Position numbers and translations under genes: made by a program. Below the pieces are notes generated by a model. That model made no database searches and had not been told where the DNA came from. It saw only the letters and a list, made by a program, of their open reading frames with translations. From assembly GCA_965644495.1 (NCBI GenBank), contig CBFFSA010000001.1, positions 1,302,001-1,366,000 on the forward strand: a stretch of DNA of 64,000 nt, in the 5' to 3' direction. Position 1 is the first letter of the stretch, and every line of letters starts with the position of its first letter. Shown here one piece after another: positions 58,330 through 64,000 of the stretch. Origin of the DNA: Perkinsela sp. CCAP 1560/9 (taxonomy: Eukaryota > Protista > Euglenozoa: Kinetoplastea).

Positions 58330-61300
58330 ATGGCAATTAATAAATGGGCGGAGGCGTCCGGACCTTTTGGGGGTTTCTTGGCGGTCAAAGAAAAACTCGG
58401 ATTGGCCACGTGTTGTCGGGGAAACCTGTTTCTACCTAAAAAGCGGAAATGGGGAGTAGCCAAACTCCGGCCGCGGGACCTGTTTCGAATGTCATGTCTT
58501 TCTTCTCCTGGAAAACGCTTTGCTGTTGCCTGGAGTATGTCATATGATTTACGTACGAGGTTGTCGGAGGGGACTGTTAAATCTATACTTCCGGACGGTA
58601 GACGCCTAGTGAAGTATGATTTAGTGGATGATCGCCTTTTCCTGTTTCCTCCGAAAGATGAACGAGTTCAAATTCTGGGTGGTAGGGTAGGTTTCTTGGG
58701 AAAATGGAAATCCAAACGGAATAGGAAACGCACCAACTGTCCTCGAAGTGGCTACCGGGGCCAGGGATCCGAGAAGAATGCTAAGAGAGGGGGTTTTACG
58801 ATAAGTACCCTAAACGTGGACACCTTGAAAGTCAAAGCGACTGATACTTTCACGCTCCGGAAGTCGATTATACTATATCAAGTGGCAGGTTTCATGAGGA
58901 GTCAACATGTTGACCTCATGGCGCTTCAGGAAACAAGGTTAAAATTTGATGATAAGGATTCTATTTTACATAGGCAGCTCTTTTTAAAAGGAATCTCACT
59001 TCACCTCTACCTGATGAGTGCAATCAACGGGTACAATGGCATGGCATTTTTGAGCACTAAACCTCTATCTGTTCAGAAGATTAGCGATCGCATTATGAGT
59101 GGACACTTCATTCTAGGTGAAACGAAAGCCTGCATTTACAACGTCTATTCACCTACAGCGAAAGCTAGCAAATCGACGCAACAAAGTTTTGACGAAGACT
59201 TATTCGATGCACGGTATGACGATGATAGTATGGTAAGAATCATTAGTGGAGATCTAAATTCGTCGCTACTCAACCCAGGGGGGAGAAAATGTTAAACAAA
59301 GCGTGCAAAACAGTTACGAAAGCTACCATGCTCGCTTGGAGCTCAATCTGTACATGAAGTCTGTTGTGCAAGAAGAAAATGGACGTATAGGTTTCCTAAA
59401 ACGCGTCGGTATCCAGAGGGAATGACCAAGCAACTTGACCACATCGTTGTTAACAAAATGTTTTTCTCTTCTATACGACCCACGAAATGCCACATCGCAC
59501 CAATACCTATGAGACATTGTGCTTTGACATCGAACTTCAATTTTCGATGGAAAATTCAAAAACTGTCTCAACAAAAGCCTTTTTGGGAGGCATTGAAAAA
59601 TGATGAAATCCGAAATAAGTTTGTTTCGAAAGTAAAGGAATCATTAAAATCTGTGCCAAAAATAATTCGGTCGGAGGATCAGAAGTCCGAAAACGCGCCA
59701 AAAATGGAAATAGATAAGGCCAGCGAAATATCTTGGACAAGACTCTCTTCTGCTGTTAGAGTGTCCGCATCTAGTCTGCCTAAGAAAACTAGTAACGCAA
59801 AAGAAATTCGCATTGATGCTGAAACAGATCTATCCGGATTTGACATGAAGTCTCTGCTGAAGATTGTGGGCAATAAAACTATGTTTGCTACTGCATCAAA
59901 AGAATTCTCTGAAAAGCTGGACTCCTCTATTATAAATGAGTGCGACGCCCTGGAAAAAGAGCTTAAATCAACTCCAAAATCCGCGTACAGAACAATTCGA
60001 AAAATTGTAGTGGACAAGAAGCAAGATTTTCCTCTCTTTTCAACTACGGTAAACAGCAGCCTTAATATAGTGAAGAATCATTTCAGCATGTTAGGGGGTA
60101 GTGCTTACAAAGGTCATGAAGCAATAAGTTTACCTACTTCACCAAAACGACTGGCAAAAATTGATGATGGTGAATTTCGAGTGGAGGAACTAACTGCTGC
60201 GATGGTAAAGGTTAAGTCAGGAAAAGCTACAGGCGATGATAATATCCCGGTTGAAGCTCTACATGCTATTTCAGCTGATCAAGACTTGCGTAATGCTCTC
60301 CTGGATATAATGAACGAAGTACGAAAAACCGGAAAATCGGATGAATCTTGGAAATCGATATTGCAGGTCCCATTGCCAAAGAAAGGTAATTTGCGCTCAC
60401 TCACAAATTGAGGACCACTCTGTATTGTGAATCATGTAGTGAAGGTTTTGAATCGAATCATTTTAGACAGAATACAACCAGCAGTGGAAAGTTCGCTTCG
60501 CTGGAATCAATTCGGCTTTCGACCTAACCGCTCAACAGCTGGCGCTCAGGCGACGTTTTTAGAAATAATGGAAAAATCACGACGAGGGGCTAGGGTGTTC
60601 GTCTGTTTCGTCGACTTTCAACAAGCCTTTCCTTCATTATCATTCGCTGCGATAAAAGAGACATTACGTGCCTTCGATATTCCCGAAAATCTCAGTTCTA
60701 CGATCATGTGTATTTATCAAAATCTCAAATCGCACGTGAAAACACCATACGGTAACACAGACTCATTTCCACTTTTACAGGGGACTCTTCAAGGTGACGT
60801 TCTGGCCCCATACCTGTTTATTATGGTTCTTGATCGTATTTTGGTTGAATCTATCGACATAAATCGCTTAGGGCTTGTGACACATAGCTCAGGAACTAGG
60901 AGCAGAGGCCTAAAGGAACTGCGTGTATCTGATATAAATTATGCGGATGATATAGTTCTCTTCTCTGAATCCAAGGAGGAGCTAAGCACAATGTTGCACA
61001 AACTTAAAACTTCCGCAGAAAAAGCTAATTTGAAAATAAATGTCGGACCAAACAAAACGGCATGGATGACACTAGGTAAAGTTAAGGGTGATGGAAGACC
61101 TTTGCAAGTAGTGACACTCGGCGATATACCAAAAGTCAAACAAAAAAAAAATATACCAAAAGTTACATCTTATCGCTACTTGGGTAGCACTCAGAACGAG
61201 GAGGATCGCAGCTCAAACTCACAAGAACGTGTACGATTAGGTTTGGCAATAGTGCACAAACTCAAATCCGTATGGAGTTCTACTATATCACCAAAAAGCA

Positions 61301-62262
61301 AATTACACATCTTTAAGCCCCTCGTTCAATCAGTGGTCTATTATAATCCAGGGACTTGGAATTTAAATCAGAAAGAGCTACATGAAGTGGAAGTCCAAAT
61401 GAACAGAATGAGTAGGGTCGTATTGGGAGTCAAGTGCTCGAAAGAGGCGCATTGCAGAGTAGACTCTCTTTACCCCACTGACCTAAAGCCCAATACTGTG
61501 ATACAATTACAACGTGCTTCGCTAGTAGGCCACCTTATTCGTCACCCTACTCTATTCGTAACTGCCGTACTATGTAGAACGAATGATGAGAGTTCCAAAC
61601 CCTCGCTATCAGAAAGATGTGCAAAAGAGTTACATTCTGACGTATCTGAGATTCTAAAACTTGGTCAAAATCGGTCTCAATGGTGCAAGAAACTTGCAAA
61701 TCTTCAAAATCATCTTGAACTCAGGCCCTCGTACACTAAAACAACTTCAAAACTATGGGAAAATCTTTTGCTAAAGGGGGTAAACAAGGGGTGCTACGAA
61801 ACCCTACAATACATTGAAGAAGGGCGGCAACCATTTCCAATCGGGCCAAATGAAACACACATTTATACAGATGGAGCACGAATCGTTAAAAATGATGAAA
61901 CTCACACAGGTTGTGGGGTAGTCTGCCTACGCCGCCGCGAGCCCTCTATATCTCTTGGGTTAAAACCTCCTCATGCATTCTCTCAATCTATTCAGGAAGT
62001 CGAATCCTTTGCCGCGCACGAGGCTCTTCTCATCGCATTGTCCTACGACGGAGATGTCATTTTGCACACGGACTCTGAGTATGTTTGGGATTTCTTTCAT
62101 GGAGCTATCTATAGGTTCAGATTCATAGGATTTAAATCGTTTGAGGGAGGCGCTATACTTCAGAAATTGCAAGAAACATATATTTCGCTAAGAGGGACAA
62201 AGCGCTTCTACTGCGTAAAAGTTAGAGCGCATAACGAAAATCCGTTTACCCAAGAGGTGTGA
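58330..62262 (+). pseudogene. Non-LTR retrotransposon, single APE-RT-RNase H frame with two in-frame stops
   Basis: TLNV, LQETR, YSPT, GDLNS, QLDHI; QFGFR, FVDFQQAF, GTLQGDVLAPYLF, YADD; IYTDGA, HTDSEY, VRAH. All three ORFs share one frame (stops at 59293 and 60409); 3' end cut by a SINE. Confidence 0.9.
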
Positions 62263-62450
62263 GCCGGGTAAGGGAGCTGGTTCCCTGAGGGGAGGGTCCG
62301 AGACGGTCCTCCGAGTACTGGGCCTAGTCGGTTATCAGCCCAGCCTCTTAGAGTGAGGCCGCCGGGAATAATGCGATGAGCGGGTTTGAACTCGCCGTCT
62401 GAGCACCATGAGCTTCAAACTTTGAGTTCTTGCCACTCCGCCACCTACCC
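62246..62450 (-). mobile_element. tRNA-headed SINE-like repeat, 3'-truncated
   Basis: Close inverse copy of 18510-18710. Confidence 0.65.
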
Positions 62451-62584
62451 CTATAACGCATATAGAGGGAGATACTACTCCCTCGCTACCGTATATTAAT
62501 GTTTTGTCAGAAATTTCCTGGGAGGGTGGGGTCCCTCCTCACACCTTGCCATAAAATCACTTTTAACCCACCCTCGCTCCCATA

Positions 62585-63228
62585 TATTAATTCGTCGCCA
62601 AAGATTTTGTTCACCTTTTCCCGAAATTTGGCCCGGACCTGGCCCGGACCTGTTCACTTTTGTTTGCCGATTATTTTTAGCAAAAACAAATATAGGTATG
62701 TATAACCCAGGCTAAAGTGGACGAGGGAGATACCAAAGGCGCTTTGGAAAACGATCACAAAACTGGAACCGCATCCCCCGGTTTGTAGAGAAAAAGGTTT
62801 GTAGAAAACTGGAACTGTATCTCACGTTAAAGACCCTTTTGCCACATCAGAATGCTCTGCAAACCGGGAGATATTCGTGGCCTTCGGCCGCTCGTGCGCA
62901 CTTTGAAAACACTCATGCAAAAAAATGACTTTTCTTATCGTCAAAAAATACCTATTTTAACTTTTGTTTCGATCAAAAAAATATTTTTGGGTCGCCCCAC
63001 AAATTTTTTTGAAAATTGGGCCGGACACATCCTGCAAGCACAACGCAGAGTTACCACTTGTTGTGTCGGTAAAAAATGTTCTTCAAGGCGTGTGGTATCA
63101 CTTCCCCTAACTCAAGTTTGAAAATCAAATACATTTGTTTTCGCTAAAAAGGAATCGGCAAAAAAACGGGCCACGTCCGGGCCAAATTTGGGGAAAAAGT
63201 GAACAAACTCTTTGGCGACCAATTAATA
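62585..63228. mobile_element. MITE-like element with ~60-bp TIRs
   Basis: TATTAATTCGTCGCCAAAGA...TTTGGCCCGGAC inverted at 63168-63228. Confidence 0.65.
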
Positions 63229-63232
63229 ATTA

Positions 63233-63508
63233 AGGTCTTCGTTAAACGCGGTGGTTGTTTTCAACTTAGAAGTCACTCATGCTGCGCGCTTGGCGTTGAA
63301 AACTACCACCGCGTTTAACGAAGAGCTTAAAAAAGAAAATTTGGCTTGAAAAGCTGAAGTAAACGAAAAGATTATAGCCAAAAATTGCCCATTTTGGGGT
63401 AAAAATGGGGCCATTTTTGCGTATTTTAGCTGTCAGAGCACTCAATCCGACATTTGCGCTTAGGAAATCACTCGTAGGCATGAATGGAAGCCTACCGAAC
63501 GTATTGGA
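63233..63508 (-). repeat. Family A 3' fragment with palindrome
   Basis: Palindrome plus adjacent ~180 bp. Confidence 0.8.
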
Positions 63509-63729
63509 CACTGTGCAATTATATTATATTATATAATATAATAATTAGGAATCTTCATCCTCCTAAGTAGATCTTTAGAAAACAAAATATGGAATGTAAC
63601 ATGAATCTATTGCATTGGTGTTTGTAAATTGATTCTACTGAGTATGAATGGCTTCTGCGTTTATAAGCGCGTTTTAAACTGAGTTTTAAAAATGATGGTA
63701 GTAGGTTTCATTTCTTCAAAAACATTGAC

Positions 63730-63981
63730 ATGGCTGAAAGCGTTCGGGCTGGAGGTGACGTTATCCCTGCTCTGTTCTGCGTTCAATGTGAAAAGGTTAC
63801 ACCGTTCACGCTATGTTCTCCACGACGGTGCTTGTATTGCGAAACACCGATTCAGAGGAACACTGAATCAAGTGTGGAAGTAGAGCAATGTGCCAACTGC
63901 GATTACGCAAACGTGCCGATTCTGGCCAAAATATGTCCTCGCTGCTCCTCGTCGAAAGACCTCGAACAATTGTCACGATGA
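63730..63981 (+). CDS. Four-CxxC zinc-ribbon protein or fragment
   Basis: CVQC, CLYC, CANC, CPRC; paralog at ~36087. Confidence 0.5.
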   Translation: MAESVRAGGDVIPALFCVQCEKVTPFTLCSPRRCLYCETPIQRNTESSVEVEQCANCDYANVPILAKICPRCSSSKDLEQLSR

Positions 63982-64000
63982 CAGAAAGAAAAGCTTGTTT

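Noticed and set aside
60400-60430. TGA at an expected Trp as evidence of stop-codon reassignment
   Set aside because: Host genes use TGG and end in standard stops; the element also has an in-frame TAA, so this is ordinary decay

Overview
Eukaryotic, transposon-saturated window, most likely from a kinetoplastid/euglenozoan-type protist (inference). Five intronless host genes (UPF3-like, RPB11, OCRL/INPP5B, RecQL4-like, one hypothetical) all lie on the + strand, several behind polypyrimidine-AG tracts, and spliced-leader (SL)-like sequences are present. Most of the rest is mobile DNA: Tc1 and pogo transposases, three Merlin/IS1595 elements (one intact, with a SWIM finger), DDE_Tnp_4 remnants, hAT-like elements with 6-bp TSDs, many MITEs, an abundant ~870-bp hairpin-ended Helitron2/Helentron-like repeat, an APE-RT-RNaseH LINE, a tRNA-headed SINE family, and an 8.7-kb gag-YR-RT/RH retroelement with split inverted repeats. 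The most striking signals are: (1) an SL-exon-like motif (consensus about CTCAACGMTAAAGATACCGTTTCTGTA), preceded by a hairpin and placed 130-200 bp inside the right end of four unrelated DNA transposons, always on the host-gene strand; (2) three HDV-like ribozymes, two of them directly upstream of that motif inside a Tc1-type MITE; (3) an SL-RNA-gene-like locus that keeps its TTG|GTA donor. All calls are by eye; no searches were run.
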